Source: an uncultured Bacteroidota bacterium
Lineage (GTDB): Bacteria > Bacteroidota > Bacteroidia > Bacteroidales > CG2-30-32-10
Direction: 5' to 3'
NCBI GenBank assembly: GCA_963831005.1
Contig: CAWHOW010000016.1
Coordinates: 71,934 to 135,933 of the forward strand
DNA length: 64,000 nucleotides
Within the stretch, counting starts at the first letter, position 1; each line of letters starts with the position of its first letter. Below the pieces are notes generated by a model. That model was not told the origin of the DNA and searched no databases. It worked only from the letters and a program-made list of their open reading frames with translations. Below, piece after piece: positions 21,301 to 30,540 of this stretch. Made by a program: the position numbers and the translations under genes.

Positions 21301-24197
21301 GTTGAAATATATATTCCATTTGCAATCATTTCTGATGATGAGAAAACGCCATCATGATTAAAATCAATCCATGCGCTTACAAAATTATCATCTAATTCTC
21401 CGCATTGCGCACCAAAATTATATGTGCTGCCGGCATACAAAGTAGTAGTGGTTGCCCCGCTGACAGGGCTATAAAAGGTGTAACTCTGTGTTGAAGAAGG
21501 TGTATGCCCTGTATTATTTACCATATTTGGTGAACCGTTTAGCGATACTTGCGAAAGATAATTGCCGTATTCAGCATAAAATGTACTGTCAATAACCGTT
21601 GGTTTACAATAGCAATTATTAGAAGAATTCATGGTAACAAATATTGGAATTGAATAAGAAGATAAGCCGCTGTTGGTGCAGGTAAGAAAACAACGGTAAT
21701 AAGCTGAATCTGTTTGTGAAGTCGTAAATATAGTATTATTAGCACCGGAGATATTTATCCATGTCGTGTCATCTGGAGAAGACTGCCATTGATAAGTAAT
21801 TGCGCTTTCTGCTATGGAATTTTGAAGGGTCAAAGTAAAATTTATACCCGGGCAAACCGGATTTGATGTAGAAAGCGTATTACCCGGGTCTGGGGTTCCC
21901 GTACAAGGTGTCAGAGCAATAACTGTAAAACCATAATCTTCCGTTTCCCCATACATCAGCTGACTGCATGGATCTGTAGGAGCTCCGTCACTATAATATT
22001 CTCCTCTAACACGCATTTTGTGTGTACCGGGTGTAGCCGTAATCGGAACTGTAAAGTTATCTGTTATAGTCAATGCTTCTGTTGTGTTATTGTCTGCAAT
22101 TACCCGTTCCGAAGATTCAAAGACCCCGTCATCATTAAAATCAACCCATACAGAATATGCCAAAGCATAACCGCTGGATGTGAATGACAAAGTTGTAGTG
22201 GCAAGCTGATCATTCGATGCAATTTCAGTACCGCTGTAATCAGTATATGAAGATGCTGCACATCCGGTACTATTATTAAAATTAGTAATACCACCACTTG
22301 TTGTTACATTGGAAATCCACATATCACATGGATAGGTTGATGATGCAGGAGTACAGAAACAGTTACTGGCAGAATTTTCTATAACTTTTACAGCCGATGA
22401 AATAGAAGTTAGCCCGCTAATAGTGCAAGTAACTTTACAGCGATAATAATTAGAGGCTGTTTGAGAGGTTGTTAACGTATCACTGATGCCTCCAGACATA
22501 TTTGACCAAGTGCTGCTGTCAGGTGATGATTGCCATTGATATGTTATACCTCCATCTAAACTTGCACCTGTCAGACTTAATATAAAATTTGTTCCGCCGC
22601 AAACCGGGTTGGCTGACGAAACAGCGCTTCCGGCATTTGGAGTTCCTGAACATGGGCAGTTTACATCAAAATTAATACTCGCTCCATTATTGCTTAGATT
22701 GTTATCCAATTGGTCGGATTGAATAATATTGGCGTAAGCTGAAAAGGTTCCGGCGGCAGTGGAGGTTCCGCTTATCGTTAATACTGCGGAGTCTCCTGGA
22801 GCTAGTGACGAAAGATTCCAATAACCAGACGTTGAGTCATAAGCTCCTGCAGAAACCGTGTATGAATTAAAAGTAAAAGAAACAGGCAGACTGGCTGTTG
22901 ATATAATACCCGTAGCTGTATCAGGACCATTATTTGTAAGTGTGACTTTCATTGTTGTGGAAGAATCCGGGCAAAAAGTGGTACTACCCGCACTGATTTT
23001 AATTTGAAGATCCGCTTGCTGGCTTGGCAATGTTCCGAATATCATTACCCGGTACATATCTCTTCCTGCTACAAATAGTCTTCCGTTCAAATCGAAACTT
23101 ACATTATATGGTTCATACATGTTTTGGCTGGACGGAGTGCCGCCTGGATAATATTCTGTACTGGTAGTGAAATTTGGTTGCCCTAAAACCACATCTGCTG
23201 CAGCTCCATTGGTGGTCGGTATGGAATTATAAATTAGTACCCTGTTATTTCCGAAATCTCCTATTGCTAATTTACCACCAGGTGATACCGTTACGCCTAA
23301 AGGGCCAGTAAACTGTGTTTGCGATAACCCACCGGTACTTAATCCAAAACCTGTTTGACCTATAACAACATCAGCATTTGCATTATTGGATGTTGGTATA
23401 GAATTAAAAATCAAAACCCGGTTATTTCCATCACCAGAACCACTACCAGCATCTACAATCAAAAGTTTTCCATCAGGAGAAACCCATACCCCCCAAGGAT
23501 AATACATTTGATTGGCTGCATTTCCGGTTGTTAATGATGTGAAATTCGTTTGCCCCACTACCACATCCGCAGGTGTTCCGTTGACAGTTGGTATTGAATT
23601 CCAGATCAACACCCGGCTATTAAAATGATCAGCCACTATAAGTTTGCCACTAGCAGAGACATATATTCCTGTAGGGCAATTAAATTTATTTGCTGCAGTT
23701 CCGGATGCGGAAGAAGTAAAATCGGTTTGACCCAAAACAACATCTGCCGGCTGACCATTTGATGTGGGAATACTGTTCCAAATTAGAACTCTGTTACTGC
23801 TTGCATCTGCTACAAATATTTTATTGCCATCCGGGGAAAAAGCCACTCCATTTTGATACCCGGTTAAACTCTGTGAAATACCGCCGGAGCAAACGCTGAA
23901 ACTGCTTTCACCAAGAACAAAATCAGGCAGTTGCCCATTGCTTGTAACAGTGCTGGTCCAAAGTTGTGTATTATCGCCCATTTGATTTGCTACAGCAAGC
24001 ATTCCTTTTGAACTGATGGCGCAATAAGATGGGCCATCGGTGCTTGACTGTGAACAGGAAAACGCTTCTCCGGTAAAATTAGACTGACCTACAACAAGGC
24101 TGGCTGCCTGATAAGTAGTGAAAGTTTGCTGTGCATTGGCATTCATAAAAAAACTAAGAACGCCTAAACAGAATAAATGGGAAATGAACTTTTTCAT
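18399..24197 (-). CDS. Large T9SS-sorted surface protein: NHL repeats, DUF11-like Ig domain, five GEVED modules, CTD
   Basis: NRVLIWNSIPT..ADVVLGQ repeats; ADLQI...NNGPDTATG; GETEDY/ADVEDY x5; IYPDPASD...GLYFLKV...KFVKE. Confidence 0.9.
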   Translation of the reverse strand: MKKFISHLFCLGVLSFFMNANAQQTFTTYQAASLVVGQSNFTGEAFSCSQSSTDGPSYCAISSKGMLAVANQMGDNTQLWTSTVTSNGQLPDFVLGESSFSVCSGGISQSLTGYQNGVAFSPDGNKIFVADASSNRVLIWNSIPTSNGQPADVVLGQTDFTSSASGTAANKFNCPTGIYVSASGKLIVADHFNSRVLIWNSIPTVNGTPADVVVGQTNFTSLTTGNAANQMYYPWGVWVSPDGKLLIVDAGSGSGDGNNRVLIFNSIPTSNNANADVVIGQTGFGLSTGGLSQTQFTGPLGVTVSPGGKLAIGDFGNNRVLIYNSIPTTNGAAADVVLGQPNFTTSTEYYPGGTPSSQNMYEPYNVSFDLNGRLFVAGRDMYRVMIFGTLPSQQADLQIKISAGSTTFCPDSSTTMKVTLTNNGPDTATGIISTASLPVSFTFNSYTVSAGAYDSTSGYWNLSSLAPGDSAVLTISGTSTAAGTFSAYANIIQSDQLDNNLSNNGASINFDVNCPCSGTPNAGSAVSSANPVCGGTNFILSLTGASLDGGITYQWQSSPDSSTWSNMSGGISDTLTTSQTASNYYRCKVTCTISGLTSISSAVKVIENSASNCFCTPASSTYPCDMWISNVTTSGGITNFNNSTGCAASSYTDYSGTEIASNDQLATTTLSFTSSGYALAYSVWVDFNDDGVFESSERVIADNNTTEALTITDNFTVPITATPGTHKMRVRGEYYSDGAPTDPCSQLMYGETEDYGFTVIALTPCTGTPDPGNTLSTSNPVCPGINFTLTLQNSIAESAITYQWQSSPDDTTWINISGANNTIFTTSQTDSAYYRCFLTCTNSGLSSYSIPIFVTMNSSNNCYCKPTVIDSTFYAEYGNYLSQVSLNGSPNMVNNTGHTPSSTQSYTFYSPVSGATTTTLYAGSTYNFGAQCGELDDNFVSAWIDFNHDGVFSSSEMIANGIYISTVNTTYSSGFTVPSSAVNGTVRMRVILNEGTTPTDPCGTYTWADVEDYEITLINVPCTGTPTADTTISSANPVCSGTSFTLSLSPAPSTSGLTYQWQSSPNNSTWTNMSGATSESVSTTQTDSTYYRCIVTCSNSGLSSNSTSLYVKLNPASNCYCIPSPSTDACSYMWISNVTASGGVTNFNNSSGCAASSYTDYSSSETTSNIQLSTTTMTFTSGGYAMAFSVWIDNNDDGIFENSERVIADNNTAGALTFSDNFTVPIAAIPGTHKMRVRGEYYTDGAPTDPCSQLMYGETEDYAYTVIALTPCTGTPDPGNTLSNLNPVCSGVNFTLSLQYSITTGGINYQWQSSPNGSTWINISGATNDTLTTSQTDSTYYRCVVTCTNSGLSANSTSLYVTMNSAANCYCTPTVNDCNLYAEYGNYLSQVSLNGTPNMVNNTGHSISSTQCYTLYSPVVGTTTTSLNAGSTYSFGAQCGDVDANYVSAWIDYNHDGVFSSSEMIANGIYLSTANTTYSSNFTVPVSAFNGTVHMRVILNYNTTPTDPCGVYTWADVEDYDITIVNTPCAGLPVAGTAVSSANPVCIGKNFTLSLSGTTFAGGLTYQWQSSPDNSTWANISGGTSDTLTTSQTVSAYYHCIVTCSNSGLSSNSSSLNVTMSPFYDCYCIPVPSTSTSTMWISNVKTTGGISNFNNSTACAASSYTDYSSSEIASNSQLDTTTMSFTSSGYAMAFSVWIDFNDDGIFESSERVITDSNVGHLFTVSDIFTVPINVTPGTHRMRVRGDYYNYLPLDPCSQLKDGETEDYAFTVVCATNPLTQPPVITKAGIYIISNATAGNQWYYNNTIISGATAQVYIPTSAGYYYCIVSGGNACVSDTSNVIYYSPTGIETINEKLGFSIYPDPASDNITIEYNDFTNNQTISVYDIQGQLLIQQPMLQAKTNINIALFSKGLYFLKVESKNGMAVKKFVKE

Positions 24198-24263
24198 ATT
24201 TTCTCGTTTTTAATAATTATTATTGAGTTATTAAAATATTATGACCTTTTACCATTTATTACA

Positions 24264-24695
24264 TTAAACATTATGCTGCAAACTATAAATTGCTGCAAGC
24301 ACAAAAGGAATTGTAATAAAAATGGAAATTATCAATGGTCTCCAGATTTTCTTTTTTTCATATTTCTCGTCATCAGGGAAATATCTTTTATAAAAGAAAT
24401 CTGACAGTATATATCCGCCTATGATATTACACAATAATGTCAAAGAGCTTTGGGGTTTCCCCGATATATTAACAACGGTAATTGTAAGTGCTGTGAAAAT
24501 AATTGAAAGTATCAAAATATGAGTAGCTTCCTTTTTCTTTCCAATGTCAATAAGGTTTTGCATCAACAACACCCCGCCAAAAATCGAGGTAAAGAATATT
24601 GAAAAACCCCTGATGGCTCTCTTTGAATAAATCTTTGGATAACCTCCGGTACTCAGTTCATTGTTTTCATTGACCTGATTCGTTTCATCTTCCAT
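24264..24695 (-). CDS. Hypothetical membrane protein (about 4 TM)
   Basis: PKIYSKRAIRGFSIFFTSIFGGVLL and further hydrophobic segments. Confidence 0.75.
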   Translation of the reverse strand: MEDETNQVNENNELSTGGYPKIYSKRAIRGFSIFFTSIFGGVLLMQNLIDIGKKKEATHILILSIIFTALTITVVNISGKPQSSLTLLCNIIGGYILSDFFYKRYFPDDEKYEKKKIWRPLIISIFITIPFVLAAIYSLQHNV

Positions 24696-24718
24696 TGTAA
24701 TATAATTACATTATTATT

Positions 24719-25129
24719 TTATTGTATCTTTAAATTTATTGAGCTTAATGTTCTGATGCTTCCGTCAGGTAATTTGGCTTTGATATTTTCAAAATATAAT
24801 TTATTTCCGGCAACCATTTCACCGATTTTTCTCTTCATGTCTGAAGTAAGCAAATTACTTTTGCTTTGCACCTCAGTAAGATTTCCATTAGCACTAATGG
24901 TCAAAGTAAAGGAAACTATTGTTGTTTTTTTATCTGTGCAAACCAAACTATCGGCTTTTAATAAAACATCTTTGCTAATTACCCCTTCCCCAATCCCGGC
25001 TATTGAAGCCGCCAGCTGTTGCATCTGTTTTGCCTTATGTGTGGTGTCGGCTTTTTGCTGTGCTTTCAATGTGGTGTTTATACAGAACATACAACCTGTA
25101 AGTGCTAATAGAATTAATGCTTTTTTCAT
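24719..25129 (-). CDS. Exported protein resembling a stand-alone GldM/PorM C-terminal domain
   Basis: Signal peptide; IVSFTLTI...SNLLTSDMK...GNKLYFENIKAKLPDGSIRTLSSI. Confidence 0.6.
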   Translation of the reverse strand: MKKALILLALTGCMFCINTTLKAQQKADTTHKAKQMQQLAASIAGIGEGVISKDVLLKADSLVCTDKKTTIVSFTLTISANGNLTEVQSKSNLLTSDMKRKIGEMVAGNKLYFENIKAKLPDGSIRTLSSINLKIQ

Positions 25130-25400
25130 TTTTTCAATTGTTTTAAATTAATTTATTTATTGCTTTTAGTTTTTTTACCAATATTATATTTGTCACAAAT
25201 ATAATAGCTTAAGCAAAATTTGTACAGAGCTAATTGATATCTGGTAGGTTTTAGCACACAGATGGTAGCTATAGGTTTATATCTGGTAAAATTTCCCGTT
25301 TTAAACAAAACAAAAAAAGCGTCTAATAATAAGCACATCCGTTTATTATTTAATAAAAACATTCTTCTATATGCTATCTTCTATTTCTAACTATTAAATC

Positions 25401-25793
25401 TTATTTCACAGGTTCTATTAAGTCCCATAGATTACCATAAATATCTGCGAAAACAGCCACCATACCCCAGCTCTCTTTAACAGGCTCTCGCACTATAGTA
25501 ATTCCTTGTTCCTGCAAGTTTCTATAGTCGCGCTGAAAATTATCGGTATGAAGGAATAAAAACACACGTCCGCCACATTGCCTGCCAATGTTTTTCATTT
25601 GTTCTTCGTTAGCTGCTTTTGCCAGTAACAGGCGACATTCAGAAGATCCCTTCGGTGCGACCAAAACCCAGCGTTTGCTTTCACTTAATACAGTATCTTC
25701 TATCAAGTTGAAATGCAGTTTTTCAGTATAGAACTTAATAGCTTTATCGTAATCGTCAACCAGTATACTTATATGCGCTATATGTTGATTCAT
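25401..25793 (-). CDS. VOC/glyoxalase family protein
   Basis: HISILVDDYDKAIKFY, RWVLVAP, GGRVFLFLHTD, WGMVAVFADIYGNLWDL. Confidence 0.92.
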   Translation of the reverse strand: MNQHIAHISILVDDYDKAIKFYTEKLHFNLIEDTVLSESKRWVLVAPKGSSECRLLLAKAANEEQMKNIGRQCGGRVFLFLHTDNFQRDYRNLQEQGITIVREPVKESWGMVAVFADIYGNLWDLIEPVK

Positions 25794-25859
25794 GATATTA
25801 TTCTCGTTTTACATTACGCTAATCGACAATGATGTGAAGTTAAATATTAGGCGTAAATG

Positions 25860-27035
25860 TCATTCTTTCACTATCCTTGTCACTTCTGCCCTGTCATTAC
25901 GGCACAGTCTTAAAATGTAAACACCTTTTGCAAGTCCGCTTATATCAATGTCTGTTTTTCCTTGCTGTATTTTTTGTTGTTGAATTGGTTGTCCTTGCAT
26001 GTTTAATATTTCAATTGTGACTTTCTGATAGGTTTCTACAGTAATGTTATCCGTTGCGGGGTTGGGATAAACTGCTATATTGTCTAAATTATTATTTATT
26101 TTTTCAATACTCGACAACTCAGATAACGCTCGCTTCCAAACGCCACCTCCATCTATTCCTGCAAAAATAGTGTCACCAATTATAACAAAAGAAGTGACAG
26201 TAGAATATGTTAAACCATCACAGAAATTATTCCAAGTAGTACCATTATTAGTTGATAAATATATTCCATCAAGGTCGGTACCGACTAATATATTTGTATC
26301 ATTAATACATATATTTAAAACCTCAACGCTTGACAATCCTTTTGAAATCCAGTGATTGCCGTTATCCGTTGACAAGAATATCCCGCCTGCAGTTCCAGCG
26401 AAAATACTTGTATCTTTTATTGCAAAACAAGAGATCTCTTTATTTGTCAATCCATTATTTGCCGTAGTCCAATTAGTATCATTAACAGTTGTTCTAAATA
26501 CTCCATTACTCAGAGTTCCGGCAAAAATATTAGTATCTTTTATTACCAAAGCACGTACATCAGTTGCCAATATAGCTGGATTATTAAATGCAGTCCAATT
26601 TGTTCCATTATTGGTTGACAAAAAAACGCCGTGAGAATAATTTGTACCTGCAAAAATATTTGCCCCGCTAATTCCAAAAGCCATCACCCATGCATTATTT
26701 GGTAAACCATTATCAATTGTAGTCCAGCTTGCACCATTATTGGATGATATAAATACTCCACCATTATCAGTACCAGCAAAAATATTGGTATCAATTATTG
26801 CTAAAGCATAAATACCAAAATTTGTTAAACCGGTATTTACTGCTGCCCAATTAGAACCATTATTGGATGATAAAAATACTCCGCCAGCTTCAGTACCGGC
26901 AAAAATATTATTTCCAATAGATGCTATAGACCAAACATTAACACCACCACCATATGGTCCATTTGTTGGTTTCCACTGTGCATTTGCAGTAATTGTCATA
27001 CTTACAAATGATAAAATAAATAATAGTTTTTTCAT
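25860..27035 (-). CDS. T9SS-sorted beta-propeller protein with BNR/Asp-box repeats
   Basis: Repeated IFAGT..GVFLSTNNGxNW; CTD VYPNPATD...GVYILRL. Confidence 0.88.
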   Translation of the reverse strand: MKKLLFILSFVSMTITANAQWKPTNGPYGGGVNVWSIASIGNNIFAGTEAGGVFLSSNNGSNWAAVNTGLTNFGIYALAIIDTNIFAGTDNGGVFISSNNGASWTTIDNGLPNNAWVMAFGISGANIFAGTNYSHGVFLSTNNGTNWTAFNNPAILATDVRALVIKDTNIFAGTLSNGVFRTTVNDTNWTTANNGLTNKEISCFAIKDTSIFAGTAGGIFLSTDNGNHWISKGLSSVEVLNICINDTNILVGTDLDGIYLSTNNGTTWNNFCDGLTYSTVTSFVIIGDTIFAGIDGGGVWKRALSELSSIEKINNNLDNIAVYPNPATDNITVETYQKVTIEILNMQGQPIQQQKIQQGKTDIDISGLAKGVYILRLCRNDRAEVTRIVKE

Positions 27036-27306
27036 ATATCCTCTTTGTTTTTATTTATAGGACATCAGGTTCGGCATTATATTATTATTTGGCGAACTAT
27101 ATTTTCCTATTGTTAACCCAATCACAAAAATATATAATAATTTACGAATTACCCTCTGATTGGTAAAAATATTTCGTTTAACACACAATAAATACATTTT
27201 TTGCACGTTGAATTATCAGTACGGCTTTAGCCGTATAAAGTTCATTTAAGAAATAAATTATTGATTTTTAACCATATGTATAACCAACCTTCTTTGCCTA
27301 TATAAC

Positions 27307-27320
27307 ACAGACACCCCCTT
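27307..27320 (+). promoter_or_regulatory. C-tract motif ACAGACACCCCC upstream of CsoR-like gene (candidate operator)
   Basis: Same 12-mer recurs at 27740; CsoR/RcnR proteins bind G/C-tract operators. Confidence 0.5.
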
Positions 27321-27373
27321 CGACGAATTTTTTAAGTTAAAATTGACACTTTATGTCGCGATTTTAATATAAT

Positions 27374-27715
27374 ATGAATCCGCTGATTCGCTTGCACAAC
27401 GTGCAAGGACAGCTAAGAGGCATTGAAAAAATGATACTATCCCATCGTCCTCCGGGCGATGTCAAAATTCAATTTTCTGCTGCCGAACATTCCCTCTACG
27501 AACTTTATTACACAAAATTTTTTGAAGCAGTTCAAAAAAATGTTGCGGCACATCTTTCTCAACTTTCAGACAAATACGCCGACCGTCCACGATTGCTTGA
27601 AACCATTGATACTGTTAGGGAAAACTTCCACACCTACAATATCAAACAGTTGCTTTCCGTCCATAAATTGCTTTGCGAAATAGACGATTTTGAAGATAAA
27701 AACAAGCCTGAATAA
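27374..27715 (+). CDS. CsoR/RcnR-family transcriptional regulator, divergent
   Basis: RLHNVQGQLRGIEKMI...DVKIQFSAAEHSL matches the family RLxRIEGQVRGIxxM..Q.SA pattern. Confidence 0.75.
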   Translation: MNPLIRLHNVQGQLRGIEKMILSHRPPGDVKIQFSAAEHSLYELYYTKFFEAVQKNVAAHLSQLSDKYADRPRLLETIDTVRENFHTYNIKQLLSVHKLLCEIDDFEDKNKPE

Positions 27716-27739
27716 AAAAATATTTTCATCGATCTATTG

Positions 27740-27760
27740 ACAGACACCCCCCCTCCGGTG
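27740..27760 (+). promoter_or_regulatory. C-tract motif ACAGACACCCCCCCTCCGGTG (candidate CsoR-type operator) upstream of 27816
   Basis: CACC/GGTG arms around a C-tract, between TTGA and a GAACTTTG -7-like box. Confidence 0.5.
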
Positions 27761-27815
27761 CGAACTTTGTTTCGCAATTAATTCACTAATTTATTTAACT
27801 AAAAAAATTAAAACT

Positions 27816-28652
27816 ATGAAAACAAAAATTGAAAAAACAGAACATTTGACATACAGTGAAAGATGTTTAGTAATGTTTTACCTGATGTCGATAATGAGGA
27901 ATCCCTCAAAAATTAACCTTAAACTTCTGAAGGTGACTGATCCAACGGATTTTGTAATTAAAGAATGTTTAGGACTTAAAACTAACGGGGTGGCAGCTAT
28001 GGCAGGATGCACCACTACCGATACTATGGTGCATAACGCGGCCAATTTGCTGCTCACCATGGAAAACGGAACGCTGCTTAAGCCCCAGCTTTATACCAGC
28101 AACCAGGTACTGGGGCAGAAAAAAACTACGGTTGACTTGTATAATAAGGTAATCAATTTTATGAAAGGCGCCTGCAACGATGCCTCTATAACTGCCGGCG
28201 ATATTACAGCAGGTATTACGCTTGCCAATACCTGCGGAGGCAGATTGACCAAAAAAACAGGAGGCTCTCAGCCCGATTACGGCGTAACTGCTTCCGGAAT
28301 AGGATGGTTGCGGATACATGCAAAGAAAGTGGTAAAAGGATTGGAAGGGCATATTTTCAAGCTGGCAGTGGTGAGCGATAAAAACGTTATCCCTGCAGAT
28401 ACAAACTGCATTTTTTGTTTTTCGCTTGAAGGAACTATTGAAATTATCGGACTTACCAGTGGAACTGTTCTGGCTATAAACCATTCAAGCATATTGCCTG
28501 TAGGGCATGGCGGCAAAACCCCTGTAATTACTCCTGCTTTACTTAAAAAAGCCACCTTAATGGCTGCAAGCAAAAAGAAACATCCGGTATTCAATATCAC
28601 TATTCCCGACCCTTATGCATGGGATGGATGGATTTATATAGTGATTCAATAA
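27816..28652 (+). CDS. Hypothetical protein (helical N-terminus, beta-rich possibly FN3-like C-terminus)
   Basis: 278-aa ORF with A-rich start context and its own terminator; IIGLTSGTVLAI...AWDGWIYIVIQ. Confidence 0.75.
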   Translation: MKTKIEKTEHLTYSERCLVMFYLMSIMRNPSKINLKLLKVTDPTDFVIKECLGLKTNGVAAMAGCTTTDTMVHNAANLLLTMENGTLLKPQLYTSNQVLGQKKTTVDLYNKVINFMKGACNDASITAGDITAGITLANTCGGRLTKKTGGSQPDYGVTASGIGWLRIHAKKVVKGLEGHIFKLAVVSDKNVIPADTNCIFCFSLEGTIEIIGLTSGTVLAINHSSILPVGHGGKTPVITPALLKKATLMAASKKKHPVFNITIPDPYAWDGWIYIVIQ

Positions 28653-28686
28653 GAAGTTTGGAGTTGTGAGTTTGGAGTTTAGAGTT

Positions 28687-28713
28687 AAAACCTGCTGAAA
28701 GGCAGGTTTTTTT
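28687..28713 (+). terminator. Intrinsic terminator
   Basis: AAAACCTGC-tgaaag-GCAGGTTTTTTT. Confidence 0.88.
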
Positions 28714-28756
28714 ATGCCCTCTCCCGGCTTTTTACTAAAAATGCCCCAAAAACTGT

Positions 28757-29003
28757 AATAGTTTGTGCATGTATTTAAATAGTTTGCGCAAGTATTTAAA
28801 TAGTCTCTGCATGTATTTAAATAGTTTGTGCATGTATTTAAATAGTTACCGCAAGTATTTAAATAGTCTCTGCAAGTATTTAAATAGTTTGTGCAAGTAT
28901 TTAAATAGTCTCTGCATGTATTTAAATAGTTTGTGCAAGTATTTAAATAGTTTGTGCATGTATTTAAATAGTTACCGCAAGTATTTAAATAGTTTGTGCA
29001 AGT
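28757..29003. repeat. 21-bp tandem repeat, about 11.7 copies
   Basis: Unit AATAGTTTGTGCAWGTATTTA with invariant palindrome TATTTAAATA. Confidence 0.95.
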
Positions 29004-29151
29004 GTTACAATGGTAGTGTCCTGAAAAGGGTGTAAGTTACCTTCCTTTTAAAGAAAGGCGTGGGAAATGGGGTGAATGAGGAAATGGTGGCAGTTTTAAT
29101 TTTATTGAGAAAATTGCTTTACTTTTGTTTTTAAAATTATATTGTGATTTT

Positions 29152-30540
29152 ATGCTAACAAAAGAATATATAAAAGACTTAAAAATTAATGGTAATGGTG
29201 CATTTAGCGAACTTGTTCATAGCAATTCATCAAATGCAGGAAACCTAATTTTTATTCTTCAAAACTTAGGGCATTTACCTGAAAATTTTGATGGTAAATG
29301 GTTACTGGATTTAACTCAAAGTAAATTTTCACAAGTAAGGGAACTTGCTGTAAAAAATATTGCTAAATTGACCCAAGAAGAATATATTGAAGTATTATAT
29401 AATATTATCCAAACTGACACAGATACAAATGTACGAAGAGAAGCTGTTTCAGCAATTGGCAGAATGAGAAATATAAAAAACAAAAAGATACTTTTAAAAA
29501 TTCTTGAAGATAAAGACCCCAAAATTGTATGCCAGGCTATACGTGGTTTATTAGTTTTTAAAAATGATAAAATAATTGAAAACAGTTTAAGATCACTTGT
29601 TAATCACGAAAACGAAATGATAAGAACTGTTATTTATAAAGAATATTTTGCTAAAGAAAAAGAACATAAAAAAGAAAATGAATTACCACATGCTGAAACA
29701 TATGAATATCTTAAGAATGTCGTTATTAATGGTGACGTTCGAGAAATATTAAAAAATGTTCCTGATGAAAGTATTCATTTAACTTTTACATCACCCCCTT
29801 ATTACAATGCCCGTGATTATTCAATTTATCCAAGCTATGTAGCGTATTTGAAATTTCTTGAAGAAGTATTTTTAGAAACTTATAGAATTACGAAAGAAGG
29901 AAGGTTTTTAATTATAAATACTTCTCCAATCATTATTCCACGAGTTAGCCGTTCACACTCAAGCAAACGTTATCCTATTCCGTTTGATATTCATTATTTT
30001 TTAATACAAATGGGTTGGGAATTTATTGATGATATAATTTGGTTAAAGCCTGAATATAGTGTTAAGAATAGAGTAGCAGGTTTTGAACAACATCGTAAGC
30101 CATTAGCATATAAGCCAAATTCAATTACTGAATATTTAATGGTTTATCGCAAACAAACCGAAAAGTTATTAGATTGGAATATGCGGCAATATGATTATAA
30201 AACTGTTGAAGAAAGTAAAGTTCCTGAGGGATATGAAACAACAAATGTTTGGAAAATAGATCCTAAATTTGATAAAATTCATTCTGCTGTATTTCCAAAA
30301 GAATTATGTAAAAGAGTTATCGAATATTATTCATTTAAAAATGATTTGATTTTTGATCCATTTGCAGGTAGTGGCACTTTAGGCAGAACTGCAAGGAGTT
30401 TAGGGAGAATGTACTTCTTAACTGAGCAAGAACCAACATATTTTGAATATATGAAAACCTTTTTACAAAACGAAAGTTTATTTAAAGAAAAAGCTTCTTC
30501 ATTTTTAACATTAAACGAATTTAAAGAAACAATAAAATGA
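29152..30540 (+). CDS. DNA methyltransferase (beta class, probable N4-cytosine) with N-terminal HEAT repeats
   Basis: VRELAVKNIA, VRREAVSAIG, IVCQAIRGL HEAT repeats; FTSPPYY catalytic motif before DPFAGSGT. Confidence 0.9.
   Translation: MLTKEYIKDLKINGNGAFSELVHSNSSNAGNLIFILQNLGHLPENFDGKWLLDLTQSKFSQVRELAVKNIAKLTQEEYIEVLYNIIQTDTDTNVRREAVSAIGRMRNIKNKKILLKILEDKDPKIVCQAIRGLLVFKNDKIIENSLRSLVNHENEMIRTVIYKEYFAKEKEHKKENELPHAETYEYLKNVVINGDVREILKNVPDESIHLTFTSPPYYNARDYSIYPSYVAYLKFLEEVFLETYRITKEGRFLIINTSPIIIPRVSRSHSSKRYPIPFDIHYFLIQMGWEFIDDIIWLKPEYSVKNRVAGFEQHRKPLAYKPNSITEYLMVYRKQTEKLLDWNMRQYDYKTVEESKVPEGYETTNVWKIDPKFDKIHSAVFPKELCKRVIEYYSFKNDLIFDPFAGSGTLGRTARSLGRMYFLTEQEPTYFEYMKTFLQNESLFKEKASSFLTLNEFKETIK

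Noticed and set aside
25818-25845. dif-like site (GCTAATCGACA-ATGATG-TGAAGTTAAAT)
   Set aside because: Right arm resembles XerD site but left arm and the inner TAA/TTA symmetry are poor
28757-29003. CRISPR array
   Set aside because: Variable parts are only 9 bp and recur; no unique spacers, no cas genes
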